A stretch of 64,000 nt of DNA from Octopus sinensis. Lineage: Eukaryota. Position 1 is the first letter of the stretch, and every line of letters starts with the position of its first letter. The notes beneath the pieces were generated by a model that ran no database searches, was not told where the DNA came from, and saw nothing but the letters and a program-made list of their open reading frames with translations. The position numbers and the translations under genes were made by a program. The stretch is taken from positions 124,248,001 to 124,312,000 of the forward strand of contig NC_043000.1 in NCBI RefSeq assembly GCF_006345805.1. The letters run 5' to 3'. Below, in pieces: positions 1 through 11,869 of the stretch.

Positions 1-682
1 AAGCTAAAATATTGTTCATTCACAAAAGGCTTTATCATGTGTTTAATACGTAGGCTTTATCCCTGTGTGTATGTTTTCACGTCTGTATGTGTCTTCCAGT
101 TTGCACACATGTTCTAATACCTGTTATGCAACAACCGAAATAAGTTTCTTTTCTATTTTGATATAATAAGGGACAAAATTCCTCTATTTTGAAGATTCCA
201 GGGTCCAGAAATGTAATGGAACTTATTTTGAGGTAAAAAGGACCAAAATTACATTAGACAAAAAATTTTATTGGCACACTGTACTGTTTTTCACTAAAAT
301 CTCAGAAGGCACTGACAAATAAACAGATTCTGAATGCTAATTTTATAAAGAGTTGAGAAATTTGATCTAACAAAAACTATCAAACATGTCATAACAAAAA
401 AGTAATCTTCCTTTCGAAAAAAGAGTAATAAAAGTACTATTTCTGTATGATGATTCCTTTATGTCAATTTTTCTGCAATGACTCTTGAGAAGATGATAAA
501 CAAAAATATAATATCTTATTAGTGATTATTTATGAAATAAAACTGAGAATTTAAACTCTCAAATGGTGTAACAATTCCAAAACTAGAAACATCTGAACTA
601 AAAAAAAAACTTATTGCAGTCAGAATCTGGTTAGTGTAAAAAAAAAAGAGAAAAAAAAAGTAAGGAAAAGAGCAATACTCAC

Positions 683-766
683 TTATATATTAATGGTGGG
701 GGTAACTGCAGTGGATGCTCTTTCTCTTCTTCCTTCAATATATTGTCTAATGTTCGTTCCAACATA
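683..766 (-). CDS. SOS: SOS coding exon (helical linker), 84 nt, phase 2-2: (S)MLERTLDNILKEEEKEHPLQLPPPLIY; gene continues beyond the window start
   Basis: tttcAG/GTgagt sites. Matches STLERMLD...EEKEEQMRLP..DVY. Confidence 0.94.
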   Translation of the reverse strand, partial: YVGTNIRQYIEGRRERASTAVTPTINI

Positions 767-849
767 CTGAAAAATAAACCAAATATTGATAATAGCGTCA
801 CCTTGATTTTTAGCTGAAGCATGGAAATTTTTTTTTTTATATATCAGCA

Positions 850-920
850 GCAATGAAATATAGAAATGTCAAATATAGCAATGAAATATAGAAATGTGAA
901 ATATAGAAAAGTCAAATTGT
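850..920. repeat. Short tandem minisatellite (gaaatatag-based; 28-bp unit twice plus a partial)
   Basis: gcaatgaaatatagaaatgtcaaatata is repeated. Confidence 0.8.
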
Positions 921-1589
921 GTACCAAATTTTAGAGCAGTCATGGTCAAATTGCAGCCTGCAAAACTTCTTGAATGGTGCACCTAATGAAAAATTTCCTT
1001 GAATTTTTCTAATAGTGCAACTTATGCCTGTTTTAAAGTATCTGTAACCTTAAACAATAAACTAATAATCTGTAGCAGAAGATCAATACTATTGTAATAT
1101 TGAAAGCAGTGAGGAGGAGTATAAGTAGTAAGATCGATTTTGTGAATACCCAGAGAATGCAATAAAAACTACTAGAAACATGTTTATTATCCTTTGCAAA
1201 GACAAATACGTTGTTTTAGAGAAGGAAAAAACTATACAGAGACAGATATAGCAAGGCTAACATTAGAAAAAAAAATAAATGAAATTTATGAAATGTAGCA
1301 TGGTATCAGTTATATTTCTGATGAGATTACTGAAAACACTTGGTAGAAAATAATGAACTACTTGTTGTTTTCCACTGAAGGTTAGAATAAAGTTTGATTT
1401 TCAAAACTTCCACCTAAAAAACTGTCGAAGACCTGCATGAAGGAATAATATTATCAATAAAGTTTCAGGCAAGCATTTGTTAAAACTGTTTGTTTAACTC
1501 CCTTCTCTTTGATTTACTCAACATACAATCATTTGGTAAAGTAACCAAATGCTTACAATGGATGGAAATGCTGTCCTGGATCTATCTGT

Positions 1590-1830
1590 CCATGACCACC
1601 TGGTTGGGAACTTCTCACCAGATCATTCAAAAGTGTGTTGATAGAGCTTTCTCCAACCTTCACTGTTAACTTGAGTGTGTATTAGGGCTCAGTAAACCTT
1701 TCTCACTCTCCCTTTCCTAGATTATTCATATACACATCTTCACAGATGATGTAACTCCACACTCTTGCATGACATTGCACACAAGACTTGGCTATGCCCA
1801 ATCACAACATAGTCTAATAAGGATATCATT
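1590..1830 (+). mobile_element. Highly decayed CR1/L2-group RT fragment
   Basis: V.VDRAFS..TVNLSVY*GSV and IHIFTDDVT (FADD-like). Confidence 0.4.
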
Positions 1831-2649
1831 AAAAGATCCAGAAAAAAGGACAGCTTAATCTAAAAACACAAACACTACACATCAAGAAATATTTACAACA
1901 CTGCATTTTAACAACTAACAAACATAGTTAAAACTATCATACACTCTACAAATATGCATGACCAAACGTTATTCACAAAAGCAAAACCAGAAAATACTTT
2001 AGCTGCTGCTCCTAGTCCAATGCACAACACAAGAACAACCAATAGTATTGTTAACAGATTTAGAACAATGCATTCATCTGCATGAAAGTACACAAACTCT
2101 AACAAGTTACCAATACCACCAACTCATACATTTGACTTGAATTCTCCATTTTTTATCTCTGTTGTTCTGACTGTTTAATGCATCCAACTAAATAACATGC
2201 ATGTCTTACTCCATTTCATCAATCTCATTATATATAACAACTCAAACTATTTTATTTTATTCTTTTCTAGAAAAGCATCTTAGAAAAGATTAAAAGAGAG
2301 GACAGAGAGCAGATATATATAATTCGAGTAATGAAAGAGTAACTACTATTATGAAGTAGAGAAAAGTGAACATTGAAAGAGTCGTAAAGAATAACGGTGC
2401 ATAGGCACGTCAGGAGTGGGGGTTGGCGAATTTCAGAAACCAGGGAATATGTAACATGAACTTAAAAAAATAAAGTACAGAGATTAGTCTATGTTTGTAC
2501 AAGAAAAGACAACACTAATCTAGCATACAGTGTGTATGAGTGATGTCTGTTAAAAATATTGATTTGTTTAATAAGAAATACTCAAGGCAGTTGTCAAAAA
2601 ACCTCTGCAACTCTTTTGAAAAAATTCACCATGTCTTTATAATAGCTTG

Positions 2650-3050
2650 AGCTTAACAAATATAACAATTAACTATTTTAGTAGGCTACTTTGATGTAGT
2701 AAGTAACCTGTCAATGAATACAGGCTTCAAAATGCTCTTAATGTTATCAGGAATTAAAATTGTCAAGTAGTAAACATTGTGAAAAGTAATGATAGCTCAT
2801 TGGAGATGGTAATCATATTATGGCAGAAAGACAAGAACAAATGAGCCAACTTTGTGTAAAAGTAAAATGAATGAGTTGAAAAACACAATGCAGGAAACAA
2901 GGGCAGTAACTACGAAAGATTTGAGCTATAATAATCGACAACTTTTCATTGGTGAAAATAGGACTTAAGCTGTTGTATGAGGGTAGATAAAGCAGAGGCA
3001 GAATCAAGAGATTGATCAAGGCTGAACGTGGTGAATGTGCACATCATTCC
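2650..3050 (-). mobile_element. Decayed CR1/L2-group 3' end
   Basis: Resembles the CR1 C-terminus (..RFSTHSF.., FP..YNL..FK) and the 27230-27660 copy. Confidence 0.35.
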
Positions 3051-3105
3051 ATTCAATAAAGAAAAATGATTTAAAATTTGTGACAAACAGAAAAACCACA
3101 CTCAC

Positions 3106-3223
3106 CTCCTTGTTTGTAGAGAAATTAATGCAGCCATCCAAGTGTTCTTTTCGTCTATAGATTTACACAGCATAATTATACTTGGATGGTCTCGGATCTG
3201 AATTTCAAATGCATGCTTATACT
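3106..3223 (-). CDS. SOS: SOS coding exon (PH end), 118 nt, phase 1-2: (E)[38 protein letters not shown](S)
   Basis: tttcAG/GTgagt sites. Matches EYKHAFEI...[16 protein letters not shown]. Confidence 0.96.
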
Positions 3224-3801
3224 CTGAAAAATGGAAAAAAGATATGATGGTGATATATATATATATTTATATATATGTTCACACACACACAACCCATGCA
3301 ACCATGGATAAACGGATTAAAAATATATGAATATATATACATGCGTGTGTGTATATATATGAAAGTGATTATGTAACTGCTGTTCTTTTGTCAGTCATTA
3401 AATTATATTATGCTCTGCAAAAACCCTATGCTTTACTCTAAAGCATAAATATATGAGTTCTAACAACTGGTTATTAGTATCACTATGTTTAAGCAAAATC
3501 ATAAAATTTATACATTATGCTTTTATGACTAGCAGGCCAAACCTGTGAGGTTGCTACCAGCTGGCTTCTTTTAAAAGTATAATAAACAGGTACTACACTA
3601 AAAGGTATTGAGTAATTCTTCAGGTTAATGTTCATTTGTTTTTCTTTTCTTATAACTTGACATAAAAACAAACTCTAATATACATACATGAAAACATGTA
3701 GAAGCATATTTTGAAAACAAACCTCAAAATGAAATTAAAGAAATATCTATAAATCCATGTAATTTAATTAAAAGCTACCAATATAGAGTCATTCTTTTTA
3801 C

Positions 3802-3990
3802 CTTCAGTATCTTCTTTGTCCACCACTTCTATCTTCCGTAAATAATGCTTCTCTTTGAGTTTGTATTCTGGTGCAGGTCCCATTGTTGAAGACCGTCGAA
3901 GATTTTGCTTACATAATACCAGCAAACCATCAAAGAGGAACACATACCGTTCTGTAGGACGCCGGCCAGTATATTTAAGTAATATTCCCT
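3802..3990 (-). CDS. SOS: SOS coding exon (PH), 189 nt, phase 1-1: (E)GILLKYTGRRPTERYVFLFDGLLVLCKQN...EYKLKEKHYLRKIEVVDKEDTE
   Basis: tatAG/GTaaa sites. ER.IFLFDGL..CK and EY.LKEK motifs. Confidence 0.96.
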
Positions 3991-4430
3991 CTATAAAAGA
4001 AGAATGAAATGCATCAAAAATGTTTATCAAGAAAACTCAGCTTCATTTTACAAATTAATAATATCCAACAAAATTCTAGAATCTATCAACAGCTTAGATA
4101 TAAGGATTTTAAGCTTAAGTAATTAACAATTAGTCTAAATACTACTCTATGAAGGTAAATTAACTAGAACATTAAATTATCCACAAGATTTTATTTCCAC
4201 TTTTGGTAGGTAATTTCCTTCATGAAGATGCTAATTTTGTAATTAGTCAACTAGCCTTAACTCCAATATCTTCCATGCTTAAATATTTATATATTCTTTA
4301 ATATATCAGAGACCTTTTTCCTTTTCTCTTTGAAATATTTAGTATAAATCATTAACTTTCAGTTAGTTATTTAAACTTCTCACCATGGCTCACTGTTCTG
4401 TTCAGTAAGCTTTGATAACAGATTTTTTAA

Positions 4431-4651
4431 CCCTTTTGTTACTGTATTTATTTTAAGATGCTCTGTGTTTCTTTCAATTACTTTAAATATAACAAAGAAT
4501 TTAGTAAAATAACTTAGTTATCATTAAGCTAGTGTTAGGAACATAAATTGTGATTAAGGTTTGGTGGAAGATTTTAATTCAAAACTTATGAAAACAAGAT
4601 ATTTGTACTCAGAGCCAAGAGCTGGTTTCAGCCAGGTTGGTAACGAAAGGG
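4431..4651. mobile_element. piggyBac-type MITE family 1, 221 bp
   Basis: TTAA|CCCTTTTGTTAC ... GTAACGAAAGGG|TTAA. Confidence 0.8.
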
Positions 4652-4944
4652 TTAATTAAATTTATGAGGTGTAAGTTAGTATGTTAGTATGTTGGCCTTT
4701 TCAAATCTATAGATGATAGTTGCATTCATAATACTCTCACATATGATATTAACTTTGAATCTTGTTGTCAATGACTTAAAATGGATGAAGAAACATATGA
4801 TATTTTTTTAAAACTTTGCTGTTTGTAACATTTTGATTGCTTGCAGTTTGATAAAAGCTTAATTAGAAGAAGTAGAATAAACATATTTTAATTAGGAGCT
4901 TGCATGTGTGAAAGCAATTTAGAAGAGTATTTTTGAATACATAC

Positions 4945-5075
4945 CCATAATAAATTCATTGCAACTTTGCCAAATGTCCTTGCCTTCCCAACCATCAATA
5001 CTTTTCTGAAGTTCATTCATTTTGGCCAATGCTGCCTGTCGTCCACTTTGACCTTGTAATCGTAATGAGGTTTCC
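4945..5075 (-). CDS. SOS: SOS coding exon (DH-PH junction), 131 nt, phase 2-1: [43 protein letters not shown]
   Basis: ttttAG/GTatgt sites. [17 protein letters not shown] is SOS-diagnostic. Confidence 0.96.
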
Positions 5076-5109
5076 CTAAAAATAACGAAAATGACAAAAG
5101 ACATCCATG

Positions 5110-5290
5110 AGACATTGTTTTGACCTAATCATGCATTATCTCATAACTCTGAGATTTTGATGATGTGATTGTTCATTTTTTTAGAATGGCACTGTAGGAT
5201 AGGAGAGAGAGGCAAGATCAAGCTGTTTCAACATAAGACAGATAGAATGTTTGGGCTGGATATGGTCAGTTTAAATGCTAAAGAATTTAA
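5110..5290. mobile_element. piggyBac-type MITE family 2, truncated copy
   Basis: Shares the atgcattatctcata...tttgggctggatatgg...aaatgctaaaga blocks. Confidence 0.6.
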
Positions 5291-6558
5291 TGCAGGAGTT
5301 AAAGTTTCACTAAGTTTGAAAATATTAATATTTAAATATATTCCAACACAGATTCAACTCTTCAATTAGGAAGAATGTGATGAATCTTGACAGAATGCTT
5401 TTTTGGGAGAACAGAGTCATGCTCTGTTGCAAGTATTCAAACTAGGTCTCTTCTCCAAAGGTAACTCTTCCATGGCATCTCTTCCTCTGCCAAAGTGATT
5501 AAAAAAATTTTTATAACCTAACATTATTTATACTTTTACTTTTTTTTAATCACAAGATTACATCTAAAATAGTGACAGTATTGCTTAATAAACACCATCA
5601 TCATTTAATATCCACTTTCCATGCTAGCATGGGTTGGTCTAACAGGTGCTGACAAATCAGAAGACTGCACCAAATTCTACGATCTGCTTTGGCATAGTTT
5701 CTTTGGCAGGATACCCTTCCAGCCATTTTACAAGATGTAGTGGGTGCTTTTTTGCTTCTTAAGTGGCACCAACACTTCAGATAAATAATCAAATTATTAA
5801 AAAAAATCCAACTAAAATAATTAACATAATCTTCAAAGAGACACAGATAAATTCATTGACTACTGGTTTAAAAGAATTTGAATGAGTGCTGCGACCAGTT
5901 CTATCCCTGGTCAATAAGAATGGATTCCTTGAATAAAAGGAAATGTATAAGAATATTGATAATTAGTTGTAAAGCTAGGAAATGGTATTTTAGCAACTTC
6001 AAGAATCCAACAAAAGAGTTTCCCAATTAGACACATAACTGCAGCCCTCAAACACATTAAACAAATGTCATAAGTTTTGTGATGAGATGTTATAAATCCT
6101 AAATCATAGAAAATATAACCAGCATAAACCAAACAGTCCTTTTGTACAACATGAACCAGATTGCAATAGTCTAAGCAAAAGAAATTATTTGTTGAAAGAA
6201 GCAGTTATAAAGATAAATCATAACTGACATGCTGAATTTGCAGACCCATCAATAAGTATTCAAATAATGCCTTAAATAAGCTGTCTGTTGTGCCAATTAG
6301 TCCAGCTCTTTATGATCAAAATCAGCTGTTAATGAGTAAATCAAATCAACTTCTAACAACTCCCGTCAAGTGGTTGAACTTAACACTGCATGTCAATTAA
6401 AAATGAATTCCTTTAATTGTTACTGTTTCTGATAAAAATCGAACCACTCCAGCCTTTAGTACATTTTGTAGCTCACAGCTACACTGGGCCACTGAGAGTT
6501 AAGTGTCCTGTTACAGACAATGTAGACATTGTATTAAGAGTTATAGAAAAATACTCAC

Positions 6559-6686
6559 CATGGCCGTCGTTTGCCAAGATTATTTCCAAACTTCTTTTCT
6601 ACAGATGTTTTTAAATTAACCATTAAACCAATTGCTTGTCCCAAGAATTCTTTATCTTCATCATTAGGGCTTGTGTCTTGCAGCAT
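6559..6686 (-). CDS. SOS: SOS coding exon (DH end), 128 nt, phase 0-2: MLQDTSPNDEDKEFLGQAIGLMVNLKTSVEKKFGNNLGKRRP(W)
   Basis: ttctAG/GTgagt sites. Matches [22 protein letters not shown]...KRR. Confidence 0.93.
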
Positions 6687-7039
6687 CTAGAAGCAGTAAA
6701 TTGAACCAATATTAAAGCAAATTTAAATAAAGCTCTTAGATATGCTTTTCCTGTATTATCAAATGAAGTTACGTTTTAATATTTGAATACATTAACTCTG
6801 AAAACTAATTTTGTTTTTCTACGAGATTGCAACCAGACTAACAGTTTAGCTTATAGAAGCTGAAAATGGTCAGTCAGCTTTGAAATGTTATCAAAAATGC
6901 ACAAAACAAAAGTGCTAAGTGAATATACCAAAAAACTGAATTTTTAAATACTCCAGTTGTACATATATGAATAATCCTTTTAAACAATATGGATAAAAGC
7001 ACATATAGTTGCAAATATTCTGAATAATAATATATATTC

Positions 7040-7413
7040 CTTTCTTTTATTTGGTTCAGTCATTTGACTGCGGCCATGCTAGAGCACCACCTTTAATCAA
7101 ACAAATCGATCCCCCCATATCTTTGTAAGCCTAATACTTATTCTATCAGTCTCTTTTGCTAGACTGCTAAGTTATCGGGATGTAAACATACCAACATCAG
7201 TTGTCAAGTGATGGTGTGGGGGACAAACACAGACACACCAACACATATATATATACACCAGGCTTCTTTCAGTTTCTATCAACCAAATACACTCACAAGG
7301 CTTTGGTCAGCCTGAGGCTATAGCAGAAGATACCTGCCTAAGGCACCACACAGTGGGACTGAACCCAGAATCATGTGGCTGGTAAGCAAGGTACTTACCA
7401 CACAGCCACTCCT
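7040..7413 (-). mobile_element. SINE family B, full length, older
   Basis: Same modules with CpG decay. Confidence 0.85.
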
Positions 7414-7513
7414 ATTATTATTTCAACAAATATAGCTCCATAAATGAATTAGACATCAACACAATCTACTACTATTTTATGTTAAATACACAGTAGTCAA
7501 CACTAATATCTGA

Positions 7514-7846
7514 AGGCACATGGCACAGTGGTTAGAGTTTTGGGCTCATAATCACAAAGTAGTGAGTTTGATTCCCAGATCAGGCTATGTGTTGTGTTCT
7601 TGAGCAAGTCACTTCATTTCACACTGCTCCAGTTCACTCAGCTGTGGACATGAGTTGCAATGTCCCTGGTGCCAAGCTATCAGCTTTTGCCTTTTCCTTG
7701 GTTAACATCAGTGGCGTGAAGAAGGGAGGCTGGTATGCATGGGCAACTGCTTGTCTTCCATAAACAAACTTGCCCAGACTTGTACCTCAGAGGGGAACTT
7801 TCTAGGTGCAATCCCATGGTCATTCGTGACTGAAGGGAGTCTTTAC
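7514..7846 (+). mobile_element. tRNA-headed SINE with CORE-like segment (family C); second related copy 9990-10270
   Basis: tggcacagtggttag A-box, gtttgattccc B-box, then cttgagcaagtcacttcatttcac...cagctgt, which resembles the CORE/MIR domain. Confidence 0.6.
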
Positions 7847-8071
7847 TCTAGAGTATTAATATGGTAGTAATACAGCTTACATATATAGTATAGTAATGTT
7901 TAACATAATATAGTACAGAAGTGTTTAATATAATATGGTAAATTTATTATTTTTTTATATGTAAACTACTAGTATTATCAATAAAATATTTTTAGTATAA
8001 CTAAATATGTTGACAGAGATATAAGTTAATATATGAGGGTTTTTTTTTTTTTACAATGAAGTTTGTTCCTT

Positions 8072-8302
8072 TTAACCTGTTTGAGAGCAACCTGCTTGAA
8101 CAACCCTTTGTTCTATGATATGAAGTTCTTGTTTTAAGGTGACCCAAAAGAAACTCTTCAAAATTTCACATGAATTTATATGTTCCAAAAGCCAGCTTAA
8201 TTAGTAATGACAAAGTTATTTCACTAAATTTTTCATTATTTTTTAAAATTAATTGAAACAAAACAAGTGTATTTGAACAAAAATATGGTAACAAAAGGAT
8301 TG
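8072..8302. mobile_element. piggyBac-type MITE family 1, older copy in opposite orientation
   Basis: Reverse-complement similarity to 4431-4651; ends gtaacaaaagga. Confidence 0.55.
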
Positions 8303-8714
8303 AAGTCTATTCTAGTTTTGTTGTTCACTAAATACTTCATGAAATAAATCTAACTTTAAAATATTTTGCCACTTTCTGCCAACAAAGTGAATCATTATAA
8401 TAGTGGTGCTGTTTCAGTTTCCAATACCTCAGCTTGATTAAATTCAGTCATTACGTTAATGTTATTTTATTCATTAACATTAACCAATTAATTATCAGAA
8501 CTTTTCTTGAGATTTTCTTCACAGAAAGTATAGAAATACCTACTCATGTACTTTTGTTTTTTTCAATTCAGCAGATATTTCTAACCTTTAAGCTATGATA
8601 TATTTTAGAATATTTTGGAGAACAACTTGAATATCAAATGGTAAACTATCTGTAAACAACAAGAATTCTTTTTACAAACTCAAAAACCATGAAAAGAAAA
8701 AAAAACTCACTCAC

Positions 8715-8813
8715 CTTCATAACATCAAAATAATGCAGCAGGTGATAAATTGGTCCAAGCAGCAGTTTTGGAAGTACATATTTGACAGCATCTTTGAAAT
8801 TGTAAGTGTAAGT
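8715..8813 (-). CDS. SOS: SOS coding exon (DH), 99 nt, phase 0-0: [33 protein letters not shown]
   Basis: ttgtAG/GTgagt sites. Matches [28 protein letters not shown]. Confidence 0.96.
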
Positions 8814-8889
8814 CTACAAAGTAAAAAAAAAAATAGTTAATATGTTTTTATATTTTATCTTCCAGACAACAGAGTTGTTTATTATTTAG

Positions 8890-9295
8890 TTGTGCTAGGG
8901 GCATGTAAAAGGGCACCATTCGAGCGTGGTCATTGCCAGTGCTGCCTGAGTGGCCCTCGTGTCAGTGGCATGTAAAAAGCACCCACTACACTCTTGGAGT
9001 GGTTGACGTTAGGAAGTGCTGCCTGGCTGGTTCCCATGCCAGTGGCACATAAAAAGCACCATTCAAGCGTGGTTGATGCCAGTACTGTCTGACTGGCCCT
9101 CGTGCCGGTGGCATGTAAAAAGCACCCACTACACTCTCGGAGTGGTTGGCGTTAGGAAGGGTATCCAGCTATAGAAACTTTGCCAGATCAGATTAGAGCT
9201 TGGTGCAGCCTTCTGGCTTGCCAGCCCTCAGTCAAACTGTCCAACTCATGCCAGCATGGAAAGTGGACATTAAACAATGATGGTGATGATGATGT
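8890..9295 (+). mobile_element. RTE-tail repeat (family D) with internal ~160-bp duplication and (GAT)n tail
   Basis: aaaagcacccactacactc..gttaggaagggcatccagct..ccaacccatgcyagcatggaaa..gatgatg; same sequence as the LINE 3' UTR at 39540-39690. Confidence 0.85.
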
Positions 9296-9316
9296 TAGAA
9301 AATGTTAAGAACTCAC

Positions 9317-9424
9317 ATGATAGTCTATAGTTTCTGTCAACTGTAAAAGTGTATCATGAAGCTCCTTTCCAACAGATGAAACCATATCTGACATATACTT
9401 TTCATAAACAAAGAATTCTTCTTC
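9317..9424 (-). CDS. SOS: SOS coding exon (DH), 108 nt, phase 0-0: EEEFFVYEKYMSDMVSSVGKELHDTLLQLTETIDYH
   Basis: ttttAG/GTgagt sites, open frame, and expected position and size. Only modest similarity to ELAFDPYESYARD. Confidence 0.85.
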
Positions 9425-10449
9425 CTAAAATATAAATAAAAATGTACTTGTAGGCAAACATACATACATACGAACATACAGACGTGTGTGTCTGTGTTAA
9501 CATACACACACATACATAAGTTGGCATATGGATATATAATGTATAGTGCAAAGATAGCATATATCCAGGGAAACAACATTCTTCAATAAAACGAAGTTTA
9601 CATATATGCACATATAGTCTTCTGCATGTGATAGTCACTGGATTGCAGCCAAGCTGGAGCACTGCTTTGATGGATTTAGTCAATCAGATCAAGCCTAGTA
9701 CTTATTTTTAAATCTGATACTTATTCTATCTTTCTCTTTTTGCCAAACTGCTAAGTTACAGTGACGTAAACAAATCAACATCATGTCATAACTATTTCCA
9801 TATATTATGCGATTTGATCTGAGACCATGTCTTGATATTCAAAACAATTACAGATACATATTAGCCCTTCAAAAACACACAATGACTTAATTAACTTCAT
9901 TTAAATATTTGGTATAAAATTCATCACACAAACTGTGACTGGGTCATTGACACAGTTCCACACTGTGTGTGTGTGAGAGAGAGAGGGAAGGCATGAGGTC
10001 TAGTGGTTAGAGTATTGCACTCATGATCGTTAGATCATGGGTTCCATTCTCACACTGGGCAGTGCATTGCATTCTTGAGCTAAACGCTTCATTTCATGTT
10101 GTTCAGTCAACTCAGCTGTAAATGGGTAACTGTGAATGAATAACCTTCTGATCAGTGGAGTGTTGGCCTGTTCGCTTCACCAGTGACATGGTGTCATTTG
10201 AAAGCTAAAACAACAAAGTGCACCGTGACTAGTGATGTATAACAACATCAAATAGTTTGGTTGATACCATGACATATACACTCACACATACACAATGAGA
10301 TTTCCTCAATTTCTACCAAATTCCTTTACAAGGCATTGGTCTGTCTAACATACTAAGAGAGGACACTTGCCCAAGGTGCCATGTAGTAAGACTGAAACTG
10401 AAGCCTTTTGGTTGCAAAGTGAACTTTTTAACCACAGAGCCATGTCTGC

Positions 10450-10490
<41 letters not shown>

Positions 10491-10757
10491 TATATCAGGA
10501 GAAAATACAAAATTTCAAACTGAGTATTTTACTCAATTATCTGTATTTATTTGAAATACAAATTTTAGGATTTTTCTTGTTTAAATTTTGGAAGTTTATT
10601 TACAGAAAACTGCTTCAAAATATTGAGGAATTAAAACTAATTTTTTAAAAATATCATTCTCGCCAAAGTAATCAATTTAATAGAGACCTGAAACTAATCC
10701 CTTATACCTCTAATAGTTTTATAAAAATTTTTTTCATACAATGCAGTTATATAAATG

Positions 10758-10788
<31 letters not shown>

Positions 10789-10813
10789 AAAACATCATAT
10801 ATGTATTCCTTAC

Positions 10814-10954
10814 TTCAGCCATTTCTACAAATGGTATTCCTGCTGTTGGTGCTTCATTTTCTTCGGCTATTTCCATTTGGTCTTCAATTGAACTAAGTAG
10901 GTTAGCGCTGCATTCCATTATATCTTTTATATTACTAAACAATACTTCCATTTT
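10814..10954 (-). CDS. SOS: SOS coding exon (DH), 141 nt, phase 0-0: KMEVLFSNIKDIMECSANLLSSIEDQMEIAEENEAPTAGIPFVEMAE
   Basis: ttcatAG/GTaag sites. Aligns with [25 protein letters not shown]...GSCFEDLAE. Confidence 0.92.
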
Positions 10955-10984
10955 CTATGAAATAAAACAAAAATACATAAATAT

Positions 10985-11193
10985 ATATATAAAGGGAAAG
11001 TTTACGAAAATAAACAAAAGACGAAGGCAGGTGGAGTACAAACAAACAAATGTATTAGTATAGCGCTCAGGAATAGAAATAGAAAAAGTCTTTTACGTTT
11101 CGAGCCTATGCTCTTCGACAGAAAGATACACAGAAAGAAACAAGGAGAGAAAGAAATGCGTGTAGGAGCTAACGATCTATCATGGCGTTCTGA
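10985..11193 (-). mobile_element. Penelope-like retroelement terminal (pseudo-LTR) fragment carrying the hammerhead motif
   Basis: CpG-containing block distinct from its AT-rich flanks, ending in a (TA)n run. Minimal hammerheads are an established hallmark of Penelope-like elements. No ORF seen. Confidence 0.5.
11089..11126 (-). ncRNA. Minimal type-I hammerhead ribozyme-like motif with variant core (CUGUCGA)
   Basis: Minus strand reads UCUUU-CUGUCGA-A-GAGC(AUAG)GCUC-GAA-ACGU-A-AAAGA. This gives a 5-bp stem I, a 4-bp stem II, a palindromic ACGU stem III and a GUA cleavage triplet. Activity untested. Confidence 0.7.
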
Positions 11194-11869
11194 CAATTAA
11201 TTTGCATTATTCAAAGACAAATGCATTACTTTTAACAATTATTTAGTCATAATTTAAGACGCCAAAGACTGAGAACATACTTAAATATTTTTTGGAGCAA
11301 ATAATTATTAAAAGTTCATGTTTTTTGATAAAATATTTTGGAAATTGTGTATGTCTAAATGCATTTTGTGTCAAAATATTGAAATATTATTTCATACATA
11401 TATATATATATATATTACAGCTTTCTCTTGATTTAGCGCTGTAGAAAGGAAAATCTTTGCAAAGTTACAATTTTCCGACAAATTCCATTGGTTTGGTCAT
11501 CATGTTAAAAAAAACACTTAATCCAAACAATATTTGGAATTCCAAAATTTTATCCTAATTATACCTAAAAAAAAAAAATGCAGAGAACTGAAGCATATTT
11601 ATTTGTGTTTCAAACATAATTAGCGCCATTATAGAATGAAACTTAATGGATATACCCAAGTTGTTGGCACATGGCATGAGAATCATTCAGATGGGTCTGT
11701 TAGTTATTTCTTAGTGGTTGTGAAACTAATGCCAAAAATGCAATTTATCTAAGTTTCACTATTCTGTGAAATTAAAACAACTATATATGTATATATATTA
11801 TTTGGTAAATAGATTTTTTTTTTAATGTTCATACTGTGTTGGTGCATTAATAAAATAAATACCTCTTAC

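Noticed and set aside
1318-1340. CTGATGA...GAAA hammerhead-like words (also at 50486 and 63963)
   Set aside because: No stem II or stem I can form.
7514-7590. tRNA-like A and B boxes (also the heads of SINE-A and SINE-B)
   Set aside because: No complete cloverleaf, and each continues into a multi-copy SINE body, so these are not tRNA genes.
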